From: the human T2T-CHM13v2.0 reference genome, Homo sapiens
Length of the DNA: 64,000 nt
Direction: 5' to 3' (one strand)
Assembly (NCBI RefSeq): GCF_009914755.1
Contig: NC_060936.1
The number at the start of each line of letters is the position of its first letter. Positions within the stretch are counted from its first letter, which is position 1. The notes below the pieces were generated by a model that saw only the letters and a program-made list of their open reading frames with translations, did no database searches and was not told the origin of the DNA. Positions 43,013-56,790 of the stretch are shown one piece after another. The position numbers were made by a program, and so were the translations under genes.

Positions 43013-43450
43013 TGTTAGTATTGGTTGCCTGGATATGTTAATGGCCACAAAGAGAATTGCCAAAGTTTTGGGGGTGTTAATAAAACAAAAATTAGTTTTG
43101 TATTCATGTCACAACCTGATGCAGGTTAGGTGGCTCTGTTTGGTAATTTTCCCCTCCTGGTATTTTAGGGATCTGGGCAACTCCCATTTCTGAACTGTTT
43201 CTGAATTTATTTTCAACCACATAGAAAAGAGAGAGAAAATGTGGAGAACTCCTATTCTGCCTTCAGCAACCTTGGACCGGAAGAGAAACATCACTTCTCT
43301 CCACATTTCCATTGGTGAGAACTCAGTCACATGCTCCCAATGGACTTACTAGCTCTATCTCAGGTTACAGTAAGAGTCCACTGGGACTTACTAGCGCTCT
43401 CTGTGTAGTCTGACTGTGTGCCAGAAAGAAGAAGTATAGCACTGTTTGGT
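43013..43450 (-). mobile_element. Old MLT1 LTR
   Basis: catcacttctctccacatttccattggtgagaactcagtcacatg and tgtgtgccagaaagaaga motifs. Confidence 0.5.
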
Positions 43451-43453
43451 TCA

Positions 43454-43594
<141 letters not shown>

Positions 43595-43699
43595 TTATTC
43601 CTAAAAACTATTGACAGAATAGTCATTAAATTATTTGATTGTTAACTCTGTACTCCAGACATGACATATCATTGGTAATGATCTGTATTGTTCATAAAA

Positions 43700-44546
43700 T
43701 TTTTTCTAGTGGAAATATAATGTGAGCCACATATTTAACTTAAAATATTCAAGTAGCAATATTTTTTAAAAGAAAAAGAAACAACTGAAATCAATTTAAT
43801 GTTTTATTTAATTTGATATATTTCAAATATCATTGAAACATGTAATCAATATAAAATATTAATGACATTTTTAATAATCTTTTGTTGTACTAAGTCTGAA
43901 ATTTAGTGTGTGTGATGGTTAATATTGAATGTCAACTTGAATGGATTGAAGAAAGCAAAGTGTTGATCCTAGCTGTGTCTATGAGGGTGTTGCCAAAGGA
44001 GATTAACATTTGAGTCAGTGGACTGCTAGAGGCAGACTCACCCTCAATCTGGCTGGGCACCACCTAATCAGCTGCCAGCGTGGCTAAAATAAAGCAGGTA
44101 GGAGAAGGTGGAAGAGCAGACTTGCTGAGTCTCGGCCTTCATCTTTGTCCTGTGCTGGATGCTTCTTGCCCTCAAACATCTGACTCCAAATTCTTCAGCT
44201 TTTTGACTCTTGGACTTACACCAGTGGTTTGCCACAGACTAAAGGCTGCACTGTTGGCTTCCTTATTTTTGAAGTTTTGGGACTTGGACTGAGATACTAC
44301 TGGCTTCCTTGCTCCTCAGCTTGCTGACAGCCTATCGTGGAACTTCACCTTGTGATCATGTGAGTCAATTCTCCTTAATAAACGCCCTTTGATATGTACA
44401 TCTATCCTATTAGTTCTGCCCCTCTAGAGGCCCCTGACCAATACAGTGTGTATTTTACACTTAGAGCACATCACAATTCATACTAGCTGCATTTTGAGTA
44501 TTCAGTAGCCAGATGTAGCTAGTGGCTAGCATATTAGACAGCTCAG
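43700..44546 (+). mobile_element. MER33 split by an MLT2A insertion
   Basis: gaaatataatgtgagccacatat... resumes at 44446 with gtgtgtattttacacttagagcacatc...ttagacagctcag. Confidence 0.8.
43911..44445 (+). mobile_element. MLT2A (MLT2A2-like) HERV-L solo LTR
   Basis: tgtgatggttaatattgaatgtcaacttga...ccctgaccaataca, with perfect 5-bp TSD gtgtg (43906-43910, 44446-44450). Confidence 0.92.
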
Positions 44547-45099
44547 GTTTAAAACATGGATGAGTTGGTAAAATTTATATTGTTTATAACACAGATAGGA
44601 AGGAAGAAAATATGGTGTTCAGAACAACAGTTTATGAGAGCCAGGAAGGTTTATGCAGTAACTGTCTAAAGAAACCTGAAAACAACAACAAAAAAAAGTA
44701 AAGGCTGTGTATAAATATCAAGTTCAGCTTCACAAATAAACATAGATCCCTTTAAGACACTGTCTGAAACATTTATACAGGATTACTTTTGTTTATAATT
44801 TGTGTCAATATATTTTAGATTGCCTTGTTTACAGGGTGGAGAGTTCTTAATATAATAAGCCATCACAATAGCAAATGCAGTGACTTTTTGGCCTTGCAGA
44901 GAGGAAATCCTATACTATAAGGGGCTGCAGGACCTCAGGGTGTGGCCCTGTTATTCTGCAGAACATGCCAGTTAAAGTAGTCAAGGCTTAATTCAGAGCC
45001 AAAATAAAAACAGTGACTGCCTAGGTTGAACTTTGTGTGTTTAGAGGAGGAAGTCTGAGAATAGAGAATATATTTCATCAAATCACAAACTACATTCTT

Positions 45100-45314
45100 A
45101 AAATTTTATTTCATTTAAGATTCAGGGGGTACATATGAATGTTTGTTACATGATATTGCATACTGGTAGGGATTAGAATTCTAGTGTACCCATTACCCAA
45201 ATATTGAACATGGTAACCAATAGGTAATTTTGCAATCCTCACCCTCTTCCCACTGACCCCCTTTTGGAGTCCTCAGTCTATTATTTCCATCTTTATGTCC
45301 GGATGTTCCCATTG
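45100..45314 (-). mobile_element. L1PB4/L1MA-like 3'UTR fragment
   Basis: gattcagggggtacatatg...gtacccattacccaaata. Degenerate TSD acaaactacattct (45085)/acaaaccacgtct (45315). Confidence 0.8.
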
Positions 45315-48300
45315 ACAAACCACGTCTATTAAGCACCTAACATATTCAGCTCACTTTTTTTTTCCCTCTAGGATTTATAGTTTCATAAACAAGTTACACA
45401 AACCAGTATCTAATCCACAACTAATCAAAGTATTTCAGAATGCTGTTCATTATTCTTTTTTTCCTTAGGGAGAGTTCAAGGCTCAGAATAAATCAAGTCC
45501 CTTTGTGTTAAGAAGCACATCGGCCTTTAACAAATGCAGAATTACTGGGAAAGGAGTAGTATACATAGGTAAGAGAAATGTAACCCTCTGATCTCTGTGC
45601 TGTGAATTTTTAAGCAAAGTCAGATAAATAGCTAAAGATATCAGAAAGTACTGGAATGTAAGACAGAGTGTTAGGACCCAGGGACATTGATTTATGTGAA
45701 CCTGTGTCAAGGAGGATTTAAATTAAAATTGTTTGAGTCTTGAATCAATCATCCCAGCCTACCCTTGGGCATTCTTATTCATACCTTACAGTCTACCTGA
45801 GATGGTGCTTTTCATGCTCAAAATACTTTCATCATTAGCTTATTATTATTATGTATTTAATACATTAAATATAATATTTAATATTTAATCTTATTAAAAG
45901 AAAAATAAAAATCATGCCCAAAGTACATTTTGGTATTTTGAAACACAACCTAAGAATCTATTTTCCAGTCATCTTCCTGGAGCTAGCTGGATCATAGATT
46001 CAAGAATGGCTCTTGGAGGTCAAAGGTTCCAAACCATTCTCATTTTGTGAGAATAGTAAGTCACAGTCCATGATAGGATCTTGATACAACATTGCTAAAT
46101 TCTACTGCATCCTGAATAGAGTGTGACATAATTGCCAGTATCATCCATATGGTTCCAAGTGAATCTTAACTGAATGCCAAAACCCAGAAGTTGTATGCTG
46201 AGTAGGTGTAAGATAAATGTCATTACCTGATCTGTGCAGTAGCCTCCCAGGCCTCTATGAGACATTAGTAGTGTTTGACTTGTTGTCATTAAAGACAAAA
46301 AAAGGAAACTTTATACAGTATGTAGTGGTTTTCCAGGTTCCACGCAGCACGCAGGTTGCAAAGTGAGCCCAGCCTTACACCTACCCCATTGCCCTCTCAC
46401 TAATTATTCATCAAGCTTATTTCCCAATCTGACTCCTCATTTCCATAACCTATTTTCCTCTTCACCTTTCTACCTCTCTGCTCCAGTTTTTAATTTTTTT
46501 TCCTTTCTCATTCTCTAATGCAAAAGTACATTTTGTCCCTAGATAGCACATTTTATATATTCAGGTTAATATTATTAGACTAAAACATTCCTCTTTACTA
46601 TCATTGATCCCTAAAGCAATCCTGAAATGGCAACCCATTTAAAGCAGAACTCCAGTCTAGATGCAAAGGCAAGAATCCCCCAGCTACAAAAGGGGTACAC
46701 TTTTCATTGTATTTTCAATTCATGTTATTCATCTTAGAAGCTATAGAGCCTTTTAAGAGCCTTTAACTGTATTTCTAGTGTCAGAGAACATTTAACCAAA
46801 AAGGCAATCTCTTCCTTTACATTTATGTCAAATTAAGTACTTGGTGAAAGTAACAGCCCTGGACAGGGAATCATGTTCTCAGGTGCACGTTTCTAGCTTG
46901 ATATTGGCTGTGGGCTCACAAGCAATTTATTAAATTTTTAAAGCCTTGGTTCCCTCATCTGTAAGATGGGAATCCTAAAGTGCCTACATTACTATCACTG
47001 GGCAAGTAAATGACACAATACACAGTTCCTTGCACATAAGGAAGACTTAAGAAATTAGTCACATTATTATTAGCATTATTATTATCATTAATAATACATT
47101 AACATTTACATAATGAAAGATTCACCAGCTAAAAAATAAATCTCCATGCGATTGGTTCAGTGTCCAAAATACAGGCTGGAAAAGAGAATCAGAAGGCAGG
47201 TGCTGGTTTGTGAAACTACAAATCCCAGAGAATAACAAAGTGTGATGAATAAGTTACGTGGTTAATAAACGTAGTTTGTGATTTGGTTAAATACGTGCCC
47301 CATTCTCAGGGACTCGGAGAAGAAATTCTATTTTGATTATCCCAGTTTGAATAGGAAACACAAGATAAATGGTTGATTCTTTCCCTTTATTTACCAGTTT
47401 AGCACATCGAATGTGATTAATAAGTTCCATAAATCTATCTTAATTTATAGGCATTTTCATTTTATTCTCTTGATACCTATTTGTCAGAAAGACTGAATCA
47501 TTAGATCTTTTGAGATCTTTAAAATTTCCCTCAGTCAGGATTTTTCTAATTGCATCCCTGTGGTGTCATTAGGAGATTCCCATGTTCTCTATTTTTTCTG
47601 TCAACTGTTAAATCTAAGGCATGATCCGATTCAGATTTGATATTTTTTTTGCAAGGCTACCTTAGAGATGATGCACTGTTCCATCAGAAGTCACGTTGTC
47701 TCTCTTTTATTTTATAAGCTGTAATTGATGCCATGGTCTTGAGCCCTAATGGGGATCACTGGGGCTGGGGAAGAATGAGAAAAATATTGCAATTCTATCA
47801 TTTCTTCACTTATTTCTTAAAATATTTCTATAATGAGAAACTTTCCCTTGCTTTCCATTTGGTTACTTAATGGTACAACATAGGAAACATAGGGTAAATG
47901 CTTAATCCTTCTCCCAACTTCTAAATTTTAAAAAGAATAAATTGGTTCTCCGCATTCTGAAGCTAGTACATTTTGTTGATGGTAAGCTTTCTTTTTTTTT
48001 TTGGATAAGTATTATTATGAACCCATTGATTTAAATGTATTTAGTATTAAAGTCATTGCAGCTTACATCTTTATTGATAATCAGATTGCTTCATCTTTTT
48101 ATGAAGTTGCATTTATTGTAATATATGGATACAGGTCCAGTTACTGAAAGAATAATCAGACAAAAATCAGCAGATAAAAAGAAATTGTAAAAATGATGAC
48201 TAAGAGTTTACGTAGTCTTATATATAAAACACTGCTCAAACAACTATAGAATATGTGGTTTTTCTTGTATAATTGGAATTGTTTTCTCTTTTGCCAGTGG

Positions 48301-49403
48301 ATCTTCTTTAGGTTGATTCCTGAATCTTTTTAACACTACCTTAATAGTGTTTAATAGCCTCCTTGGTAAAATATTTCAAACTCATCTTGTACATTTCCTG
48401 TCCCAGGAATTGTGGTTTGCTTTAGTGGGAAATAGTATTTCAGAATAAAAATCCGAGTGTTAGAGGGCTTATTACTCTTTGGTTAACCATGGTTTCTAGG
48501 CCTTTTCATTAGACTAAGCTAGGAATTATTTTTAAGATAAATCACATCAAAATCCCTACTATATCTTCCAATTTAAATTCAAGACTACAGGATTTTTACT
48601 TAACCTCTTCTATCTTATTTCTGTGTCTCCTTTCTCCTATTTTGAGGATGACAAACCTGGCTCTCAAGGACACAGGGATAACTGAATTAAGCCATCACAT
48701 AGCTACTCATTTGTCTGTTTCCAGATTATCACACAATAGTGGTAGAATAAAACACCTACGCGACCTGCAGTATTACTACAGTCACGTTACTGGGTTTTAA
48801 AACCATTTAGAATACTTCTTCACCATGTGGCTATCCCACAAACTGAACATACATTTGTGGTTTTTCTTAGTTGATAGAGATTTTTCAATTGAATTGAGTT
48901 TTTGATTTTGTGAAATATTTATGTGGTTTTAAAATCAAATTTATCAATCTAGCATATTTAAAGAAATCTAGCTTGCATCCCTATTCCCTCTACCTATTCC
49001 TTCCACTCTCTAGAAGTAACCATTTTTCTAATGTTATGGGTGTTTTTCTTTATTGTTTTATTTTGCATAGCCTACTAAGATAAATGTAGCACATTTTCCT
49101 CACCTTGCTTTTCTCACTTCACAATATATCCTGGACGTAAATTTATAGTAGTATAGGGATATTTTCCTCATTTTTTATAGCTGCATAAAACCCCCACTAG
49201 ATGGTTGTGACATGGTCTACTCAACCAGTTCCCTATTGACTTACACTTACAGCAGTTCCAGTCTTTTGCTAGAATAAAACTTCCTTTAATAAAGATCTTG
49301 GGCAAATGACTTTTACAATTTACGCTAGTGTAACTTTGGAATTAATTCCTGGAAGTGAAATTGCCACATCAAAGGGTAAAATGCATATGTAATTTGTTAG
49401 ATA

Positions 49404-50004
49404 CAGTCATGCATCACAACGACAGGGATATGTTCTAAGAAATGTGCCATTAGGTGATTTTGTCATTGTGTGAATGTCAGAGTGCACATATACAAACCTA
49501 GATGGTATAGCCTACTACCTATGTAGGCTATATAGTATAGCCTTTTCCTCCTTGGCCTCATAACTGTACGTCATATTACTATACTAAATACTGTGGGCAA
49601 TTGTAACACAATAGTAAGCATTTGTGTATCTAAACATATGTAAACTCAGGACAGGTACAGTAAAAATACAGTATAAAAGATTAAAAAACGGTACACTTGT
49701 ATAGAGCACTTACCAAGAATGGAGCCTGCAGGATTGAAAGTTGCTCTGAGTGAGTCATTAAGTGAGTGGTGAGTGAATGCAAAGGCCTAAGACATTACTG
49801 TATACACTACTGTAGACTGCAAACATAGTACACTTAGGGTACGCAAAATTTATTTTTAAATATCAAGTAATCGAGCTACAATGTTATGACAGCTATGATG
49901 TCACCAGGCAATAGGAATTTTTCAGTTCCATTGTAATCTTATGGGACCACTGTTATATTGGCAGTTTGTTGTTGATCAAAATGTCATTATGGGGTACATT
50001 ACCG
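49404..50004 (-). mobile_element. Tigger3-family (Golem) non-autonomous DNA transposon, about 600 bp
   Basis: TA|cagtcatgcatcacaacgac ... gtcattatggggtacattaccg|TA. Internal caaacctagatggtatagcctactac and cttatgggaccac motifs. Confidence 0.88.
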
Positions 50005-50376
50005 TATCTCCAAACTCTCTGTCATAGGCATTGTACCATTTTGCATTCACATTGGCAGTGTATGACAGTACCTATTTTCCCACAGCCATGCTAATAGAGC
50101 CTATTGGCAAACTTTTGGATTTTTGCCCATTAAATAGGTGAGAAATTGTATCTTGGTTAGTTTTTATTTGCGTTTCTCTTACTATGAGCCAGTTTGATCT
50201 TTATTCCATAGGTTTAAATGCAGTTTACATTGCATATTTTTGAAGTTTCCATTTATCTAGCTCATTTTTATTGGTCTTTTCTTTCTCTAGTTATTTAAAT
50301 ATCAAAAATGTTTGTGAGATTAACTGCAAATGTTTTCTTCAGTTGTCATTTGTCTTGATTTGCAAAAAATTTATCT

Positions 50377-50535
50377 ATGTGTTTATGTGTGTGTATATGT
50401 ATATGTGTTTGTGTATATGTGTGTATATATTTATATACACACAGAGATAGATACATATATAGGCATACATATATGCACATATATACACACACATATATAT
50501 ACATGCACATATATACACATATATAAATATATAAT
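50377..50535. repeat. Compound (TG/TA/CA)n low-complexity tract
   Basis: Directly visible. Confidence 0.85.
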
Positions 50536-50795
50536 TTACCTTTATTGCTTTTGGATTTAGAGTCTTAGTTACAAAAGTCTTACCCACTTCTATTTATAGA
50601 GAAATTCACCCATATTTCCTCTTGTTTTTGTATTGTTTTATATTCTTACATTTAAATCTCTTATACTTGTACAAGTTATCTTGGTATATGGTTTGAGGAA
50701 TGAATCCAATTTTATCTTTTTCTATAAACTAACTAGTTATTTGGACATCACTTATCTTACAAGTTCACCTTTCTTTTATCATTTGAGATGTCATC

Positions 50796-51282
50796 TGTGG
50801 TATACAAAATAATGGCCTTCCAAATATGTTTATGCCCTAATTTATGGAACCTATGAATATGTTTACATGGCAAGGGGAAATTAAAGGTGCAAATGGAATA
50901 AAATTTGTTAATCAGCTGACATTAAGGATTATCCAGGTGGGCTCAATGTAATCATAGGCGCTTTTGAAATTAAAGAGGGAGGCAGAGGAGGAGGTCGGGT
51001 TCAAGGAAGAGTTGCAGATGCTGCTGTCTTTGAAGCACCTTTGAAGGAAAGGACCATGAGCCATCAGATGCAGGAGGCCTATAGAAACTATGAAAAGCAA
51101 GAAAATGGATTCTCCCTTAGAACTTCTGGAAAAAAATGTAGCCCTCCAGACACCTCGATTTTAATCCACTGAAGACTGTTGCAGAGTTCTGACCTGCAAC
51201 ACTGTAAGACTGATAAATCTGTGCTGCTTTGAGTCACTACATTTGTGGTAATTTGTTATGGCAGCAATAGGAAACTAACATA
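50796..51282 (+). mobile_element. MLT1D/E solo LTR
   Basis: tgtggtatacaaaataatggcc...gcagcaataggaaactaacata, with perfect 5-bp TSD tcatc (50791-50795, 51283-51287). Confidence 0.88.
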
Positions 51283-51801
51283 TCATCTTTATTATAAACT
51301 ACATTTAGGAATTAATTTGGATTTACTTCTGATTTTCTATCCTATCCCATCAGTCAGTCTGCTTTTCCACATGCCGTTTAAGACACTGTTTTAATTATAG
51401 AAATTTTATTATAGATTTTAACATCTGCTGGGGATGCCACCCTCCCCCTTTCCTCTCTGGAGTTTTCCTGGCTATTCTCACTTGCATATTATTCCAAATG
51501 AAGTTTACAATCCATTTGTCTGACTCCAGGAAAAAAAAAAAAGAACTTGATGGAATTCTTAGGAACCAATAATATTTTTGGGAAAAGTTCATGCTTGCTT
51601 TAGGCTAGAGGCTCAGTGACCCTAAAAGTGATTCACATAAGGAGAAGAGAGTACCTAGTATAATATGCCATAGCCATAGAAATGAGAAAACAATTACTTG
51701 ACAGTCATATGCAAACAAATAACTTTTTTATTATCAAGACTTTGTAAATGTTAAATGAACCAATCGCACTTAAGAAAAAAAATAATTGGCCCACATGATT
51801 A

Positions 51802-52149
<348 letters not shown>

Positions 52150-53683
52150 TCAGAAACAGATCTCCATCTCTGGTCCCTTTGGTCCATACTGTTGTCTTCC
52201 TACTCAAATGCCCTCTCCATGAACTGGGGCCGTGTAACTACAGACATGCACTTGACCAACTTAGCAACTCCTGAGGAAAAAGATTCTCTTCCTCAATAGT
52301 TCTTGTAAAAGTTAAAAAATTAAATCTCATTAGTATAACTTTCTTCACATACTAACCCCTCAGCCAATCACTATGGCCAAAAGAATAAAATAATCTGATT
52401 GAATAGTTCTGGGTCATGAACCCACTCTTAAGCTGTGGATGGAGTCAACACTTCCTAACTCCAGAGGTGAGAGTTAGGGAGAGGGATTCCCCAGAAGGAA
52501 AAGCCAGAACACTGTGATCAGAAAAAGGGTGAATGGATATAGGATAGGCACAAAGCACCATTATGATCACTTTAATTGTCACTGGGTGAGGTGGGGACAG
52601 GGGAAAGGAGTAATTAAACTTGCTTAGGAGCTGATCAACTGTCAAAATGTAAAGGACACACAAAAGTCCCTGTTCTGAATTTAGATAGAGATGTAGCCAG
52701 TCTTAGCAAACACAGGCTGCAGAGTATCTGGCTTCTTCAGGAGAGCTGGTGCCTTCCCAACTGTGTGTCCTAAGCCAGCTTGGATAGTCTACTAGATTCA
52801 TTGGATAGTTTCAACCTAGTGAAGTTAAAATGGAAAGTAGGGTTGGAAGATTAGAATATGAAGTGTACTCAGGAGAAAAATCTGGCAAGGAAGTACAGAA
52901 AGATTTCAGATAGTTATATTTAAGAAGAATCCTAAAGGTTAATAATCTTATTTCCAAGTAAAGAAAAAAGAGAGTTTTTCAGGGGAAAAAAAAAAAGCCA
53001 TGGCAAAAATGAAAGGACATGGTATGTTTAGGGAGCACTGGAAATTCCATGCTGCTGCTGCAGAGCTTTTACATCAAGACGTCGGGACCCAGGGCTAAAA
53101 AGCAGAAGGAGGATCTTTCGTGCCAAGTGAATGAGTTTGCACCTGATTCTGGAGCATCATAAGTTGGTTTTGAAAAGACAGAATTATAATTAGATTTTGT
53201 TCAAGAAGGACAGCCATTTTGAGCACATAAAACTGGGTTGGGCAGGAGGAATAAAAGCAGAAGACCTATGAAGAGTCTATTATGGTAGTTCTCAGCAACA
53301 GAATGAGAACTTTAAAGAGAGCAACAAGAGTTGTGGAAGAGAAGAGGAGAAAGATTAGGACATCTTTATTTTCCAAAGAGTTTTCCAAGGAGCACTAGTT
53401 TAGTTGGATGTTAGGGTGTTATGTTTAAAAAAAAAAATTCTGTAGCCAAATAAATTGCAGACACCTAGTTTACTGCATGACTTTTCAGAACATATAATAA
53501 ACTAACGTGTAGATGTAGATTTCCTGAAATAGTAACTTTGCTGATTTCTTTCATTGTGGATATTATGCTAAACAGGTGGCTTTTTTTTTTTTTACCACTC
53601 TTGGATTAGAGTAAAAACAAAAGGTGATAAGATATAAAACATATGATAAATAATATAAGAAGTAATATTAAGATAGATAAGAC

Positions 53684-53714
53684 AAATAGCATATATAATT
53701 TATATATGCTATTT
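53684..53714. repeat. Perfect AT-rich palindrome (15-bp arms, 1-nt spacer)
   Basis: aaatagcatatataa-t-ttatatatgctattt. Confidence 0.95.
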
Positions 53715-54019
53715 ATTAAATATAAATTAATATTAGATTTGTTAAATATACTATTATTTATTCAATATAAATAAGATACTTAAGTGTGACCCTTTCCACT
53801 AAGATGTTTGATGGGACAACCTGTAGCAGGTGTGTAAAGGGAGCCTAACAGCCAGATTGCAATAACTTGAAGTTGCAGATTTTGTAGGGGTATTAAGAAC
53901 TGCAACATTTTATTCAGGAAAACTCATCTTTTTTGCCAGACCCCCTTTTATCTGGCACCAGGGCCCTGATGCCTCACCAAAAGCTAACATTTTTGATAGC
54001 ATGCACAACAAAGATTTCT

Positions 54020-54470
54020 CTTTTTTTAACCTTTGTTTTAAGTTCAAGGGTATATGTGCAGGTTTTAAACAGGTAAACTGCATGTCACAGGGGTTTGATG
54101 TTCAGATTATTTTGCCACCCAGGGAATAGACATAGTGCCTGATAGGTATTTTTTCTGATCCTCTCACTGCTCCAACCCTCCACCCTCAAGTGGGCCCCCG
54201 TGTCTATTGTTCCCCTCTTTGTGTCCATGTGTTCTCGTTGTTTAGCTTCCACTTATAAGTGAGAACATGCAGTACTTGATTTTCTGTTTCTGCATTGGTT
54301 TGCTTAGGATAATCATCTCCAGCTCCATCCATGTTGCTGCGAAAGACATGATCTCATTCTATTTTGTGGCTGCATAGTTTTCCATGGCATATAAGTTCCA
54401 TGTTTTCTTTATCCAGTCTACCATTGATGGGCATTTAGGTTGGTTCCATGTCTTTGCGATTGTGAATAGT
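54020..54470 (-). mobile_element. L1PA13-16-like 3' fragment
   Basis: aagttcaagggtatatgtgcagg...ttccacttataagtgagaacatgcag. TSD acaacaaagatttct (54005-54019)/acaacagagattttt (54472-54486). Confidence 0.88.
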
Positions 54471-54551
54471 TACAACAGAGATTTTTAAGGAAAGCAATGT
54501 GAGGTGTTACCGCCACCTACCCTATCATCCCAAATAAGTTGCACTTCCCCA

Positions 54552-54862
54552 GTGGTAGCCAACATCGAAGATGGCCCTTCTGCCAATGATCCTTCAAACA
54601 ACAGCCAGTGAGGAAGTGAAGGCTCTTGCAAATAGTCAGAAGAGTGATCTTGGTGCATGACATTGAATCTCAATCAAGCTTTGAGAGTTGTCAGCCTTTA
54701 TCTACATCTTTATGGTGACCTCATAAGAGGCCCTAAGCCAGACCACCCAGTTAAGTTGTTTCTGAATTCTTGACTTTCCAAAACAGTGAGATAATAAATA
54801 CTTGCTTAAGTATCCCTCTAAGTTTTCAAATAAGTTTTACAAAGCAGCAGATAGTTAACACA
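54552..54862 (+). mobile_element. MLT1 (F/H-like) LTR, internally deleted
   Basis: gtggtagcc...aagatggccc start and acagtgagataataaat...gcagcagatagttaacaca end. Confidence 0.6.
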
Positions 54863-54929
54863 CCATCTAATAATATTTTATTATGTAGGAGATACTCATA
54901 CAATATTTCCCTTATTGCAGCCCACTCAG

Positions 54930-56010
54930 ATCTGTACCCTCCAGCAGTGTCTTAGGTCCTGGAACTACTCTTGCCAAGGACCGTAACACAGATACTCTGC
55001 TGTCTCTCTCTTCCTTGGTCTGTCTATAGTATTTAACAGAATTGACTATTTTCTTCAAGAAACATTTTCTTTCCCTGGTCTTCTTGGTATTATACATTCC
55101 TGGTGTTTATTCTAACTCACTGTTGGTCTTTCTCCATCTCCTTTTGAGTAAAGCTGATATGGAAATTTCAGCTGACAAGTGGAGAGAAAGACAAAAGCCA
55201 GGTTATGAAGGATCATTTATATCAGATTGTAAGTTTGGACTTTAGTTCTCCAGCTAGTCTTTAAATATGGGCTCATTCTTGTTCCTGTCCTAAGCCCTTG
55301 TGTGTCTCTTCTCACCCTTTATCTTCCTTCTGGGGTTATCTCAGCCATTCTCCCTAGAATGCACACTATAAGAGGGTAGAAATTTTTTATCTGTTCTTCT
55401 CTGCCAAATCCGCAGTGCCTAGAACAGTGTTTCTCACACAGTAGGCATTCAAAAACTAACTGAATGAATGAGTGGATACAATTACCATCTACATTCTGAT
55501 CACTCCCAAATCTAACCCCCAGCTTAAAGCCCTCACTGAGTTCTAGACGAATGTATTCTACTTCCCACAGTATACTTCCATTTGAATGGCCAATAGAAAC
55601 CTTTAACCAAGCCAAAATTAAACTCATCATCTCCCCATCCTCATCATCCACTTTTTGTGTTCTTTTTTTAGTTATTGGCACCACAATCCACCACCCAAAC
55701 ATAAATCTTGGCCATCATTGACCATTTCTTCTCCTTCACCTCCTATATCAAATTGATCACCAATCTTGTGATTTGAAAATCTTGGAAGTTGGAAATATTT
55801 GATTCTCAAAATTATTTTTCAAACTCTTTTTCTCTTCATTCACATCCTCATCCAGTTATGGTCATCTTTTTCCTGGATGCTTACAATAGTCTTTTAACAC
55901 CTAACCACTTCATATCCCTCTCATCCATTCTCCATGCTACAGCTAAAGTGATAGTTAAAAATGCAAATCTGACCTTGTTACATGTCTACCTAAAAGCTGT
56001 AAATGGCTTC
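54930..56010 (+). mobile_element. L2 fragments
   Basis: actcttgccaagg...gtatttaacagaattgactattttcttc; cagtgcctagaacagtg...tgaatgaatga; aaactcatcatctccc. Confidence 0.65.
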
Positions 56011-56247
56011 ATATCAGTCAGGATAGGATAGGCTAATGCTTCTGTTACAAAGACAAAATCTTAATAATTTAAGACATAAAGTTTATCTTTCATTCATGCT
56101 TAGATCAGGGACTTTTTCAGGCAGCTGTCTTTATCATCAATCCAGATTGGGTCAATTTCATGGCTCTAACATTACAGAGCTTCTATGTTCAATGCTGGGG
56201 GAGAGAGGAATGCAAAGTCTCTCAAAGATATTCATTAGCTTGGTATA

Positions 56248-56508
56248 TGTGTTAGTTTCCTATTACTGCTATAACACACTGCCATAGCATAGTGGCTTAG
56301 AACAACATGAATTTATTATCTTACATGTCTCGATATCAGAAGTCTCAAATGGATCTCACTGGACTAAAACTCCAGGTGTCAGCTAATCTCTTCTGGACAC
56401 TCTAGGAAACAATCCATTTCCTTGCTTTTTCTGGCTTCTAGAAGCTGCTTACATTCATTGGTTCAAGACTCATCCCTCTGTCTTCAAAGCCAGTAATACA
56501 GCACCCTC

Positions 56509-56541
<33 letters not shown>

Positions 56542-56790
56542 ATTCTCTGTCTCTGTCCCTCTGTTTGTGTCCTATGATTCTGTCACCACTTCTCCTTCAT
56601 GTCAGGATGCTTATAATTACATTGGGTCCATCAGATAATCCAAAATAGCCGCTTCATCTCAAAATCCTTAACTTAATCACATCTGCAAATACTGCAAAGT
56701 TACTATACCCATGTCAGGTAACACATTCACAGGTTCTGGAGTTAGGATATAAATATTTTACAGAGAGGTGGTGAACCATTGTTTACCACA
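56248..56790 (-). mobile_element. MLT1D-like solo LTR nested in an older MLT1 (about 56010-56930); contains (CT)n at 56512-56540
   Basis: tgtgttagtttcctattactgctataaca...ttaatcacatctgcaaa...taccaca. Confidence 0.78.

Larger units (their letters stand above)
47380..51560 (-). mobile_element. Ancient L1M (L1MC/ME-like) fragments hosting Tigger3 and MLT1D
   Basis: Antisense L1 motifs on both sides of the insertions (tcaaagggtaaaatgcat|...|ttgtaccattttgcattcac). Confidence 0.6.

Noticed and set aside
54455-54470. 5' truncation point close to the inversion point of the young L1
   Set aside because: Different subfamilies with independent TSDs; short 3' L1 fragments are common, so this is coincidence.
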